NCBI GenBank assembly: GCA_016215315.1
Contig: JACRKG010000054.1
Span: 1-64,000, forward strand
DNA: 64,000 bases
Direction: 5' to 3'
Source of the DNA: Candidatus Woesearchaeota archaeon
Lineage (GTDB): Archaea > Nanobdellota > Nanobdellia > Woesearchaeales > ARS49
Shown: piece after piece, positions 1 through 8,874 of the stretch
Layout: each line of letters begins with the position of its first letter
Position numbering within the stretch: position 1 is the first letter of the stretch
The notes under the pieces: model-generated
Database searches by the model: none
Told to the model about the DNA's origin: nothing
What the model saw: the letters and a program-made list of their open reading frames with translations, nothing else
Translations under genes and position numbers: made by a program

Positions 1-116
1 AGGTGGTTGTGCAGTTACTGTTGGATACAACGAGTTTGCAACTGTTGAGAAATATATTCAGAATCAAGAAGAGCATCATGCAGCTGCATAAAGGCCTCGC
101 AAGGATACCTCGACCT

Positions 117-713
117 TTAGGTCGGGGAGGAGGTCATTTTTGGCTTTTCATGTTTTTCAGAAACAAAATGTTTCTTGTGAGTATGAAGCGAAAATAATAA
201 TGACAAAAAGTACAAGACCAACATTCCTCCAGCTACAAAAAAAGAAATACTTGTGGTGTGTGATTCTTCATGGAAGAAAAATAACAGTGAAGGAAATAAC
301 AAAAATAACACAGCCAACAATAACATCGTTGAACTGACTTCTGCTTCATGCTTGTTAAGAACTAATTCTTTCTTATTAAAACCACCAACAATTACGGCAG
401 TACCAAAAACAAGAAGAGTATTGCCTAATATTGAACCTGTGAGTGATGCTTTAACAACTTCAATAAGCCCTTCTTTAAGAGCAAAAAAACCAATAATTAA
501 TTCAGCTAAGTTTCCTAAAGTGGCATTCATTAATCCACCAATAGTAGAAGAATAATAATTCGCCAATTCCTCCGTAGCATTACCTAGCAAATGAGATGCT
601 TTAACTAAAGTAAGAATGATGACAGTAAACAAAACAAAAAGAGGTGCATTAAGATAAGCAAGAACTAAAGTAATAACAAATAATACCACTGAAATTATAA
701 CTGAATTTCGCAT
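117..713 (-). CDS. Ca2+/cation:H+ antiporter (CaCA family), N-terminal half; possibly truncated or frameshifted
   Basis: 198-aa highly hydrophobic protein with about five predicted TM helices. It carries the CaCA alpha-repeat signature GNATE (LLGNATEELANYYSSTIGG) and ends in a His-rich loop (HTHKKHFVSEKHEKPK). The expected second alpha-repeat half is absent. A hydrophobic ORF continues in another frame towards the window start. Confidence 0.5.
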   Translation of the reverse strand: MRNSVIISVVLFVITLVLAYLNAPLFVLFTVIILTLVKASHLLGNATEELANYYSSTIGGLMNATLGNLAELIIGFFALKEGLIEVVKASLTGSILGNTLLVFGTAVIVGGFNKKELVLNKHEAEVSSTMLLLAVLFLLFPSLLFFFHEESHTTSISFFVAGGMLVLYFLSLLFSLHTHKKHFVSEKHEKPKMTSSPT

Positions 714-816
714 TTTGCTATAAAAGAAGTCTTTTAAATAAAAATGTTTTGTTTTCCCCCAGTAATATTTCGATACCTACTGATATCTCGCGTTGACAGT
801 CAGAATTAAAGATAAC

Positions 817-890
817 CGAGCCTGTGAGGATTTGAACCCCAATCAACCGGTCCGAAGCCGGACGCACTATCCAGGTTATGCTACAGGCCC
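817..890 (-). tRNA. tRNA-Arg (anticodon TCG), 74 nt, CCA not encoded
   Basis: Reverse complement folds as a cloverleaf: acceptor GGGCCTG/CAGGCTC (one G-U), D-stem GCAT/GTGC, anticodon stem TCCGG/CCGGT with loop CTTCGGA (T33, anticodon TCG, G37), T-arm TGGGG-TTCAAAT-CCTCA, discriminator G. Folded by hand only. Confidence 0.5.
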
Positions 891-1020
891 ACAAACAAAG
901 CTATATTTAGTTTACTTAAAAAACTTACGTGAAAAAGGTTTACAGCGGCCTTTTGCTTGCGCAAAACCCCGGGGAAAACAAGCGGGATGCGCACTGCTGT
1001 GCTTACCCGCAAAAGATTGA

Positions 1021-1080
1021 TGATTTGCAGTTTATGGTTTACAGGACTGTAAACTGCGAACCATAAACCGCAAACCTTTA
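1021..1080. repeat. Heptamer-periodic imperfect hairpin repeat element (TTTGCAG TTTATGG TTTACAG | CTGTAAA CTGCGAA CCATAAA CCGCAAA)
   Basis: The same unit vocabulary recurs at 3745-3800, 15787-15850, 21858-21935, 26848-26910 and 57222-57245. It lies 40 nt upstream of the 1120 gene start. Confidence 0.7.
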
Positions 1081-1119
1081 GTAAATATTATAAACTCATT
1101 TTGCTAGAAATGATATGTT

Positions 1120-1404
1120 ATGAGCGATAAACCAATTTTGCCTAAAGTAAGTGAAGGAATTGAAGGATCAATAAAGGCAGAATATTTAGGTAATGAAGAA
1201 AAATACGTTTCTGAACTAATTGAAAAAGTCAAAAAAGAAAATCCTATAATAATTAAGTTCTTAGGTGATTGCTTGTCTGGAATTTCAAAAGACAATGAAG
1301 AAGCAAAAAAAGCCATAATTTATTCCGGCTTATTTGTTTATAAACTACTAGAAAGCCAAGCGCAAGCGAATAAGTTAGAAGAAGATATATTAGGAAAAGA
1401 CTGA
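1120..1404 (+). CDS. hypothetical small acidic protein (94 aa)
   Basis: Complete ORF with ATG start and coding-like composition. No motif recognised. Confidence 0.45.
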   Translation: MSDKPILPKVSEGIEGSIKAEYLGNEEKYVSELIEKVKKENPIIIKFLGDCLSGISKDNEEAKKAIIYSGLFVYKLLESQAQANKLEEDILGKD

Positions 1405-1421
1405 CAATTCAAATTAATAAC

Positions 1422-2159
1422 ATGAAACTTCGACTTGAAAGAATAACTGATGTTGATGATCCTGCTTTGCTTCCTGTCAGTGTGTTTTTCAAAAAATGTT
1501 TTCCTAGAACTGGATATGACTTAAACATATTTAAAAAATTTTTAGAAAAATCAAGAAGAAAAAAGTATGAGCATAGTGATTGGTTTATGTTGTACCTGTA
1601 TGATTCAGAAAAAGAAAATTCTGACCACGTTCTAGGCTTGCTTTATGCATTTGCAATTATCAAAAAACCTGATGTAAATTTTGTCATGACTTATTATATC
1701 GCCACTAATCCAGATTCAAGGGGTAAAGGTTTGGGTAAATATTTATTCTTAGAAGCACAAAAACAATACTTTGATCCACAGGCTAGAAAGGCAGGTTTTG
1801 AAGGGATTTCAGGATATTTTGGGGAAATAGAAAAAGAAAAGGATGAGAATGATGCTGATTTTGATGCTAGAATTGAATTTTTCAGAAGATTGGGTTATAA
1901 AAAAATAGATTTAGATTATGTATTTCCAGATATAGGCAATAATTTTGATACTTGTTCAGATTACTCACTTATTTTCTTACCAACTGATAAAATAATCCAA
2001 AAAGAATTTATTGACAACACAACGCTCATTAATTTTCTTCAGGAATATTTCAGAGCAGGATATTCACAAAACAAACCAACCGAAACAAAAGAATTAATTC
2101 ATATAAAAGAACAAATGACTAGATGGGTTCGTTTATTGCCTCTTGAAGATAAAATCTAA
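1422..2159 (+). CDS. putative GNAT-family N-acetyltransferase
   Basis: 245-aa ORF. The segment NPDSRGKGLGKYLFLEA resembles GNAT motif A (R/Q-x-x-G-x-G/A, acetyl-CoA binding). It lies 18 nt downstream of the previous gene. Confidence 0.4.
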   Translation: MKLRLERITDVDDPALLPVSVFFKKCFPRTGYDLNIFKKFLEKSRRKKYEHSDWFMLYLYDSEKENSDHVLGLLYAFAIIKKPDVNFVMTYYIATNPDSRGKGLGKYLFLEAQKQYFDPQARKAGFEGISGYFGEIEKEKDENDADFDARIEFFRRLGYKKIDLDYVFPDIGNNFDTCSDYSLIFLPTDKIIQKEFIDNTTLINFLQEYFRAGYSQNKPTETKELIHIKEQMTRWVRLLPLEDKI

Positions 2160-2211
2160 AAATTGTCTTGTTCACAACATTTAAATTTTATTTGTTATTT
2201 ATATCTCATAT

Positions 2212-2601
2212 ATGATGTCAAAGGTTCAAAAACAAATTACTTCTTTGGAAAATCTTCTTGGGCAAGCAGTATTGGTTAAAACAACCGAGCCTTACCCTCA
2301 TAATTATTATGCTGGAGTTTTAGAACGATATGATGGCAAGATATTTGTTCTTTCTTTGTGGAGTAATAAAAATACTTGCAGTGATTATCATGAAGGACCC
2401 ACTATTTCGTTATCACCAACTCCTAACTTTGGAGGACTTAAATCAACACAGAGAAACAAACAGAAGCTCAGAAGAGAAAGAGATCCTATAACTGATTTGA
2501 TTTTATTGAAAGATAAAGTAGTTGGCGTTTATAGATTTACCAATGTCTTTGAAAGAGAAACCGACGGACGTTTTCAAAGATATAAAGGGTATGAAATTTA
2601 A
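2212..2601 (+). CDS. hypothetical protein (129 aa)
   Basis: Complete ORF. No recognisable motif. Confidence 0.4.
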   Translation: MMSKVQKQITSLENLLGQAVLVKTTEPYPHNYYAGVLERYDGKIFVLSLWSNKNTCSDYHEGPTISLSPTPNFGGLKSTQRNKQKLRRERDPITDLILLKDKVVGVYRFTNVFERETDGRFQRYKGYEI

Positions 2602-2624
2602 CTAAATTCTTTTTAGTTTTCTTA

Positions 2625-3641
2625 CTAAATCGGCAAATTATCAATCTCAACGTCTTCGAATACTGGGATTATCTCGGGTTGTCCCAGGCTGGGATGGAGA
2701 CTTCTCATTTCTATCAGTAAATCTTGTAATTCCCGTCTTGATTTTGTCCTAACATGGAATAATAAACTCCATCTTCCAAACAATTTGCTTAACTGTGTGA
2801 TTAATTTATGGTTTCTTGCGTAATTAAACAATTTCTTTTCCGCAAGCCTTCCATAACTAGTAAAATTAAACAATAACAAATAGGCATTGTAGCCCAATCT
2901 TTCACTTCTCAAAAACATTCTGTATCCACCAATAAAACCATTCTTTTCCAAATTACTAATTCTGTTCTGGACAGTTTTGTAACTAACATCACATTTATTT
3001 CCAATTTCTAAACTCGATTTCCTGCAATCATTTCTTAATTCTTTCAAAATCTTCCAATCTAATTCATCTAACTCAACAAGTCCTTTTTCTGAAAAATTTA
3101 TTTTTATTACATCGATGTTTTTTTCATCTAAAAATTTATGCCTAAAAAATTCATGATATGGAACATACAAAGCATCATAATCACTTAATGCTCCAGAAAA
3201 TCTTTCAAACAAGTCATCCAAGAATTTTTCGAATTCATCAAAATTCTTAACAAACAAAACAACAAATAAATCCCATTTGCTGCCAATCAATGCAACCCAA
3301 TAAACATTATCACGTTGCCTTAAATAATCAACAATTTCTTTTCTTTTTAATTCATCAACTCTACCAAAAGTAAACAAAAGACGATACTGGGAATAATTAA
3401 TTTTAGCAAAATTAAAAACGCTGCCGAAACCAGAAACAATATCTCTTTCAATTAATTTCTTAATTCTATAATCAACAACTTGTTGACTAAGCCTTATCTT
3501 CTTAGCAAGAGTTGTTGTAGGAATTCTAGGATCAGCATCTAATTCCTTCAAAATCTTCAAATCTTTAACGTCCAATTTTTTCACTTCGTGAAAAAATTGT
3601 GGTGATGCAGACAAATCTTCATCTTTTATTTCATTGCTCAT
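2625..3641 (-). CDS. tandem Lrp/AsnC-family transcriptional regulator (two HTH_AsnC + RAM-like halves)
   Basis: 338 aa, twice the usual Lrp length. Both halves have an N-terminal HTH segment (LKILKELDADPRIPTTTLAKKIRLSQQVVDYRIKKLIERDIV and WKILKELRNDCRKSSLEIGNKCDVSYKTVQNRISNLEKNGFI). Each is followed by a beta-alpha-beta region typical of the ligand-binding RAM domain. Confidence 0.7.
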   Translation of the reverse strand: MSNEIKDEDLSASPQFFHEVKKLDVKDLKILKELDADPRIPTTTLAKKIRLSQQVVDYRIKKLIERDIVSGFGSVFNFAKINYSQYRLLFTFGRVDELKRKEIVDYLRQRDNVYWVALIGSKWDLFVVLFVKNFDEFEKFLDDLFERFSGALSDYDALYVPYHEFFRHKFLDEKNIDVIKINFSEKGLVELDELDWKILKELRNDCRKSSLEIGNKCDVSYKTVQNRISNLEKNGFIGGYRMFLRSERLGYNAYLLLFNFTSYGRLAEKKLFNYARNHKLITQLSKLFGRWSLLFHVRTKSRRELQDLLIEMRSLHPSLGQPEIIPVFEDVEIDNLPI

Positions 3642-3744
3642 TTCTATAAAGAAAGAGCAAATGGTATATAAATATTTCTAATCTACAAAAATTTCTAAAG
3701 AAATTTTTAACTATTGGGCTATTTTATGATACTGAATCAGTTTG

Positions 3745-3800
3745 AGTTCAGAGTTTGTAAACCAAAAACTACAAACCCCGAACCATGAACTACTACGGAG
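3745..3800. repeat. Heptamer-periodic hairpin repeat element, variant copy
   Basis: Sequence is TTTGAG TTCAGAG TTTGTAA ACC ... CTACAAA CCCCGAA CCATGAA CTAC. It lies between the divergent Lrp and MVP genes and abuts the GGAGG Shine-Dalgarno at 3797-3801. Confidence 0.6.
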
Positions 3801-3810
3801 GCTTGATAAA

Positions 3811-5493
3811 ATGAGTTTAGAACAAATAACAAAAGAAAACAATGTCTTAAGACCTTTCAAAAAAGCAGTATATGCTTTTAGACCTGAGAAAGCATTTTTA
3901 GATGAAGAACAATATGCGCACATAGTAAATAAAAAAACAGGACAAACAATTCTTGTAGAAGGGCCTGCTGAAAGAGTTCTAAGATATGATGAAAGAATTG
4001 TGGGAGATATAGAACAAAAAATAATTTTAACAGAAAACGAATACGCAATAATATCAAACCCAATAAACAACCAAGGAAAAGTACTTTACGGAGAAAGAGA
4101 AGTGAGAAAAGGACCGCAAAAATTCTCATTACGACCGGGAGAAAAAATAGAAAAACAACCAACAAAAGAACATGTACTAACAAAATATGACGCGCTACTG
4201 GTAAAAGCAAGAGAAGACTTTGACAATCGCAAAGCAGGAGACAAATTTTTAGTAAAAGGTCCAACTAAATATGTACCATCAAAACATGAAGACGTTCTAG
4301 AAAGAATAACTGCAATTTCATTATCTGACACTGATGGAATTTATGTGCAAAACAATGACACTGGAGAAGTAAGTTTAGTAAAAGGTCCAACAGACTATTT
4401 CTTACAACCGAATGAGTCATTTTACGAAAAAGAAATAACAAAAGAAGAACTACAAGCATTAGGATTAGAAGCACAAGTGGGCAGAGATGGAGTAAGAGTT
4501 TTAACCAGACAAGCAGCAAACAAATCGTTCCTAGAAGACAGAACAAAAGCTTTAGTACTAGAATTAGAAGACAATGAAATAGTATTCCTTTACGACGGAA
4601 CAGATACACGAATTGAAAAAGGACCAAAAACAACATTCCTAGGACCTTACGAAAGACCAAAAGTACTAAACTTATCAGGCGGAAGACCAATACAACCAAA
4701 TGCACTGAAAGTAGCACTACTAAAATTAGGACCTGACTTTATTTACGACCAAATAAGCGTAAGAACAAAAGACAACGCACAACTATTACTAAACATAACT
4801 TACAAATGGAGATTCAAAACAGAAAATAACAACCACAAAAAACACTTCTCACTAGAAGACTTTGTAGGATACACGGCAGAAACATTATCCTCAGAAATAA
4901 GAGGTGTTGCAGCAAAATATGACTTTGAAGAATTTCATGCAAAAGCATTTGAATACATCAAAGGGCAAGTCTTTGGTCAAGGAAATTCAAAACTATTCGA
5001 TGAAAACAATCTGGAAATTTTTGGCATAGACATAACAGCAATAAACCCTAAAGACCCAAAAATAGCAGAAAAACTACACGACGCAATAAAAAACAACATG
5101 GACATTTATTGCAAAAAAATAACTCTCAAAGCAACACTAGAAAGCGAAAGACAAGAACTGGAAGGAAAAAAACAAATAGAAAAAGAAAGAGGCGAACTAA
5201 TAAAATCAACAAACGAAAACGACAGACTATTATCAACAGAACAAGCAAAGATTCAAGCAGAAGCAGAAAAAATCAGAGCAGAAAGCCAAGCAGCATCAAC
5301 AAAAATAGTTAATGACGCAGAAATCGAATCAGAAAAGAAAAGACTAAACACCGTAATAGGAGAATTAGGAGGATCAAAAGAATACTTAGCATTACAAAGG
5401 GCAAAAGCACTAGAAAACGTAGAAAAATTAATCGTGCCAGAAAACTCCAGAATACTAATAGGAAACAATGGAGGATTTAATGACGACAACTAG
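3811..5493 (+). CDS. major vault protein (MVP) homolog
   Basis: About five MVP-type ~50-aa repeats, e.g. [62 protein letters not shown]. They are followed by the MVP shoulder signature [32 protein letters not shown] and [31 protein letters not shown]. These match animal MVP [32 protein letters not shown] and [27 protein letters not shown]. A C-terminal coiled-coil (cap-helix-like) follows. Start chosen at ATG 3811, preceded by GGAGG with 9-nt spacing. The ORF track extends to 3742. Confidence 0.8.
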   Translation: [560 protein letters not shown]

Positions 5494-6166
5494 AATAGCA
5501 TTAATCGGTGCAATGCCTCAAGAAATAGAAGCATACAAAAAATTAGCCAACAATAATATCTATGTAGGTCTTGTAGGAATAAGCAAACCGATAGCAGCAC
5601 TAAACACAACAAAAATAATTCTGGATTCTAATCCAGATTTTTTAATTTTTACAGGAGTGGCAGGAGCAATAAGTGAAGAGTATAAACTAGGCGACTTAGT
5701 TATTGGAAGTTATGCGATCGATGCCGATCTAGACGTAACAGTGTGGAAAGAATCACCACAAGCACCAAAATACAAACGAGGAGAACAACCATTCACGAGA
5801 CAAAGAGTGTACACATCAGATCAAAGACTTGTCAATTTAGTTTTAGATTACAACAAAAACATAAAACAAGCATTTGTAGCAACAGGTTCTGCATTTTTAG
5901 ACCAAAAAAAGAAAACAGAATTCTTAGAAAAAATTAACCCACAACTATCAGAAACACTTGAAGGAAAACTAAAAACTCCTGACGTTTATGATATGGAAAC
6001 TTCAGCAGTTCTACAAGTAGCAAACCATTTCAATAAACCCGCAATAGTAATTCGCGCAATAAGCGATACATTAGAAGGAAACGCTCCGGAAGACTTTAAC
6101 AAATTCATTAATAACTCTGTTGAGCAGTATGTCGGATTAGTAAAGTATTTATTAAGACAATTATGA
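5468..6166 (+). CDS. mtnN: 5'-methylthioadenosine/S-adenosylhomocysteine nucleosidase (PNP/UDP phosphorylase family)
   Basis: N-terminal RIALIGAMPQEIE motif, FTGVAGA, DMETSAVLQVA and the C-terminal RAISD motif are characteristic of the MtnN/Pfs fold. Overlaps the MVP stop (5493) by 26 nt. An alternative start is ATG 5480. Confidence 0.75.
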   Translation: MEDLMTTTRIALIGAMPQEIEAYKKLANNNIYVGLVGISKPIAALNTTKIILDSNPDFLIFTGVAGAISEEYKLGDLVIGSYAIDADLDVTVWKESPQAPKYKRGEQPFTRQRVYTSDQRLVNLVLDYNKNIKQAFVATGSAFLDQKKKTEFLEKINPQLSETLEGKLKTPDVYDMETSAVLQVANHFNKPAIVIRAISDTLEGNAPEDFNKFINNSVEQYVGLVKYLLRQL

Positions 6167-6176
6167 GGATGATAAA

Positions 6177-6602
6177 ATGACTCAAAAATTTGAAGAAGAC
6201 ATTTATTTCAAAGATGAAGGTAAAACAATGGTTGCGTCAATCACTTACGAAAGAATTCAAACAAAACAAGAAGAAGAACTCTTAAGAGACTACTACCAAC
6301 AACGTTTTTTTGAAAGAACAGGCCGAAAAGTAATGCCTAAAAGGAAAGAAATAGAAGTAAAACCAAAAGCAGGAGAATCAATATCAGAAACAATATATTT
6401 TCAAGTAAGAGAAAACCAACCATTATACGCAGGAATTTATTTCTTACCACAAAAAGCACCTTATGTGATTCCTAAACTAATTGATTGCCTAAACAAGTTC
6501 AAACAAGAAGTAACATCTCACAAAGAAAATAAAGATTGGCCAATAGTAGATTACACAATAAAAGAATTAGAAAAAATAGTTAGAGAACAAGATGACGCAT
6601 GA
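6177..6602 (+). CDS. hypothetical protein (141 aa)
   Basis: Complete ORF, 10 nt after mtnN, same strand. Probably the same operon. Confidence 0.45.
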   Translation: MTQKFEEDIYFKDEGKTMVASITYERIQTKQEEELLRDYYQQRFFERTGRKVMPKRKEIEVKPKAGESISETIYFQVRENQPLYAGIYFLPQKAPYVIPKLIDCLNKFKQEVTSHKENKDWPIVDYTIKELEKIVREQDDA

Positions 6603-6867
6603 AATAAAAAGAGTCATAGATCCAAACAAAACACTAGAAGGAAGAATAAAGATAATTGGCGAAACAGAAGTTGCAAAAGCAATAGGCGCAGAACCAATGA
6701 CTCCCGAAGAATCTGCTGAATTCTTGAGAAAAACACAATACAATTACACAACTAAAGCAGATAATTATGCTAAGCCAACAACGGATAAAAATGAAAAACC
6801 AAATAACACAATCAAAGAATTCAATATGACTCCCTATCATCTTGGTGATCAACCAACGATTTTCTGA
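6592..6867 (+). CDS. hypothetical protein (91 aa)
   Basis: ORF overlapping the upstream stop by 11 nt (translational coupling). No motif. Confidence 0.35.
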   Translation: MTHEIKRVIDPNKTLEGRIKIIGETEVAKAIGAEPMTPEESAEFLRKTQYNYTTKADNYAKPTTDKNEKPNNTIKEFNMTPYHLGDQPTIF

Positions 6868-6928
6868 AAACAAAATCAAGTCAATAAAAAATCGAAGCCT
6901 TTAAATACTAAAACAGCACAATCTAATT

Positions 6929-7291
6929 TTGGTACGTTGTGGGCCTAAAATGAAAAGTCAAGTTATTATTAAAGAATTAGAAAAAGAAAATTTGTACTTA
7001 TTGCTAAAAGTAGGTATTGATAGCAATGAGAAAATAGTTCTTGTATCATTACCTTGTGAACATCACATAGACATACTTGAAAATTACACTAGTGGTCTGA
7101 AAAGAAGAGAAGCAAAATATGTCAATGTTGTGGGTGGAGGAATTTTTATTCTTGAAGAAGAAAACAAAAAAATAATTCATTACGCTAATGCAAGCAAGCA
7201 GTTTAAACACCTCAATTGTCCTTCTGAACCAGTTGAAGAACTACTCAAACAAAAATATCCTGGTTATTCTATAGAAACAATATTAGAGTAA
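6929..7291 (+). CDS. hypothetical protein (120 aa)
   Basis: Complete ORF with GTG start. No motif recognised. Confidence 0.4.
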   Translation: MVRCGPKMKSQVIIKELEKENLYLLLKVGIDSNEKIVLVSLPCEHHIDILENYTSGLKRREAKYVNVVGGGIFILEEENKKIIHYANASKQFKHLNCPSEPVEELLKQKYPGYSIETILE

Positions 7292-7356
7292 TAATTAAGT
7301 CACAAAATTAATTCTACGAAAACTTTAAAACTATCTCCATAAACCACAGCAATAAT

Positions 7357-7441
7357 GCCGCCGTGGCACAACCTGGTTAATGCGTAACCCTGGAAAGGTT
7401 ATTTCCGCAAGGATTTCCCGGTTCAAATCCGGGCGGCGGCG
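7357..7441 (+). tRNA. tRNA-Ser (anticodon GGA), 85 nt with long variable arm, CCA not encoded
   Basis: Acceptor GCCGCCG/CGGCGGC. Anticodon stem TAACC/GGTTA with loop CTGGAAA (anticodon GGA). Long variable arm TCC-GCAA-GGA. T-arm CCCGG-TTCAAAT-CCGGG. Discriminator G. A TATA-like TTTAAAAC lies about 30 nt upstream. Confidence 0.75.
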
Positions 7442-7599
7442 ATTTTTAGTTTATTTTTTACCGCTAAAGACTAATAGGTCTTAATTACCACATAATATCA
7501 ATTCATGTTAATTCTGGTTTACATAAAGGAATTTTTTTAGAAATATTTATATATGAGTTAACATAAAAGATGAATTTATGTTAATTGGTGTTAACTAAA

Positions 7600-8844
7600 A
7601 TGGAAAAAGAAATTATTGAAGCAATAGAAGAAACAAATAAGTGGTGGAAAGAAAAAACGACTATAGATTTCAAACCGCGAGAAGTGTATACACGGATAAA
7701 AACATTCTTTGCAACAAGACAAATACTGGCGCTTACTGGACTGCGAAGAGTAGGAAAGACAACAATAATGCTTAAATTTGCACACGAGTACATGCAAACG
7801 GAAAATTCAACAAATGTTTTCTACTTCTCTTTTGATGACTTTAAAGATATTAAAATAAAAAAAACAATTCAAACATACGCTAACTTTCTCAAAAAAGATA
7901 TTGCGAATGGAAAATACCTATTTCTCTTTGACGAAATACAGAAAGTAAAAGGATGGGAGGAGCAAATAAAAAGAATATATGATAATTATCCAAACATAAA
8001 AATTATTATTTCAGGCTCAGAATCTCTTTTTATAAGGAAAAAATCCCGAGAAAGCCTCGCTGGAAGAATTTATGAATTTTTCATCACTCCGTTGACGTTT
8101 AAGGAGTATCTTGTTTTCAAAAAAATACCTATGAATAATATCTTGCTTTATAAAAAAGAAATATTGAGCGCGTTCCAATCATATCTCGTAAATAATGGTT
8201 TTCCTGAGCTGGCAGAAGAGCAAAATAAGGAAATAATAAAGAAATACATCAAAGAAAATATTATAGAAAAAATAGTGTACAAAGATCTTCCACAAATCGT
8301 GTCTATAGAAGACCCAACTAGAATTGAAGATATCTATAAAATAATACTTCACGATCCTGGAGAAATAATAAATATAGAAAGAATGGCGCAGGACCTCAAC
8401 TGTACAAGACAAACAACAGCAAAGTATCTTTCCTATCTTGAAAAAGCATTTCTTATAAAAAAATTGTATAACTATTCAAAAAATGAAAGAAAGACTCAAA
8501 GAAAACTTAAAAAATACTATCCGACAATATTATTGCCTGAACTTTCAGAAAAGCAAGAATTAAAAGGAAAGATATTTGAAGCTAGCATGATACTTAATAT
8601 GAAAATAGAATATTTCTGGAGAGATAAGTACAAAAATGAAGTTGATGCAATACAAACAACTGGTGAAACTCTTCTTCCAATAGAAATAAAATATTCAGAA
8701 ACAAACCACAAACCGCTCAATCTGTTTATAAAAAAATTCAAAACAAAACAAGGAATTATACTTACATATGACACTACAAAAGAAAAAGACGAAAATTCAC
8801 CAATAAAAGTTGTACCGTTCTACGAATTCCTTTTGCAAGAATAG
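7600..8844 (+). CDS. archaeal AAA-superfamily ATPase (AAA_14 / DUF4143 type)
   Basis: Walker A LTGLRRVGKTT. Walker B LFLFDEIQKVKGWEE. A C-terminal DUF4143-like region is present. ATG at 7600 preferred over the TTG at 7585 shown in the ORF track. Confidence 0.75.
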   Translation: MEKEIIEAIEETNKWWKEKTTIDFKPREVYTRIKTFFATRQILALTGLRRVGKTTIMLKFAHEYMQTENSTNVFYFSFDDFKDIKIKKTIQTYANFLKKDIANGKYLFLFDEIQKVKGWEEQIKRIYDNYPNIKIIISGSESLFIRKKSRESLAGRIYEFFITPLTFKEYLVFKKIPMNNILLYKKEILSAFQSYLVNNGFPELAEEQNKEIIKKYIKENIIEKIVYKDLPQIVSIEDPTRIEDIYKIILHDPGEIINIERMAQDLNCTRQTTAKYLSYLEKAFLIKKLYNYSKNERKTQRKLKKYYPTILLPELSEKQELKGKIFEASMILNMKIEYFWRDKYKNEVDAIQTTGETLLPIEIKYSETNHKPLNLFIKKFKTKQGIILTYDTTKEKDENSPIKVVPFYEFLLQE

Positions 8845-8874
8845 TAAGATGGTGTGGTAATATTGAACTTTTTT

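Noticed and set aside
3-197. 64-aa + strand ORF at window start
   Set aside because: Lies antisense/overlapping to the antiporter region. More likely non-coding or the out-of-frame continuation of a disrupted antiporter.
793-1020. 75-aa + strand ORF
   Set aside because: Overlaps the minus-strand tRNA (817-890) and a repeat-rich non-coding region. No coding signal.
5109-5312. Lys/Arg-rich 67-aa ORF
   Set aside because: An alternative frame of the A-rich coiled-coil region of the MVP gene. A compositional artefact.
7357-7441. Possible intron-containing tRNA because of its 85-nt length
   Set aside because: The extra length is fully explained by a class II long variable arm (TCC-GCAA-GGA) of tRNA-Ser. 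No bulge-helix-bulge was needed.
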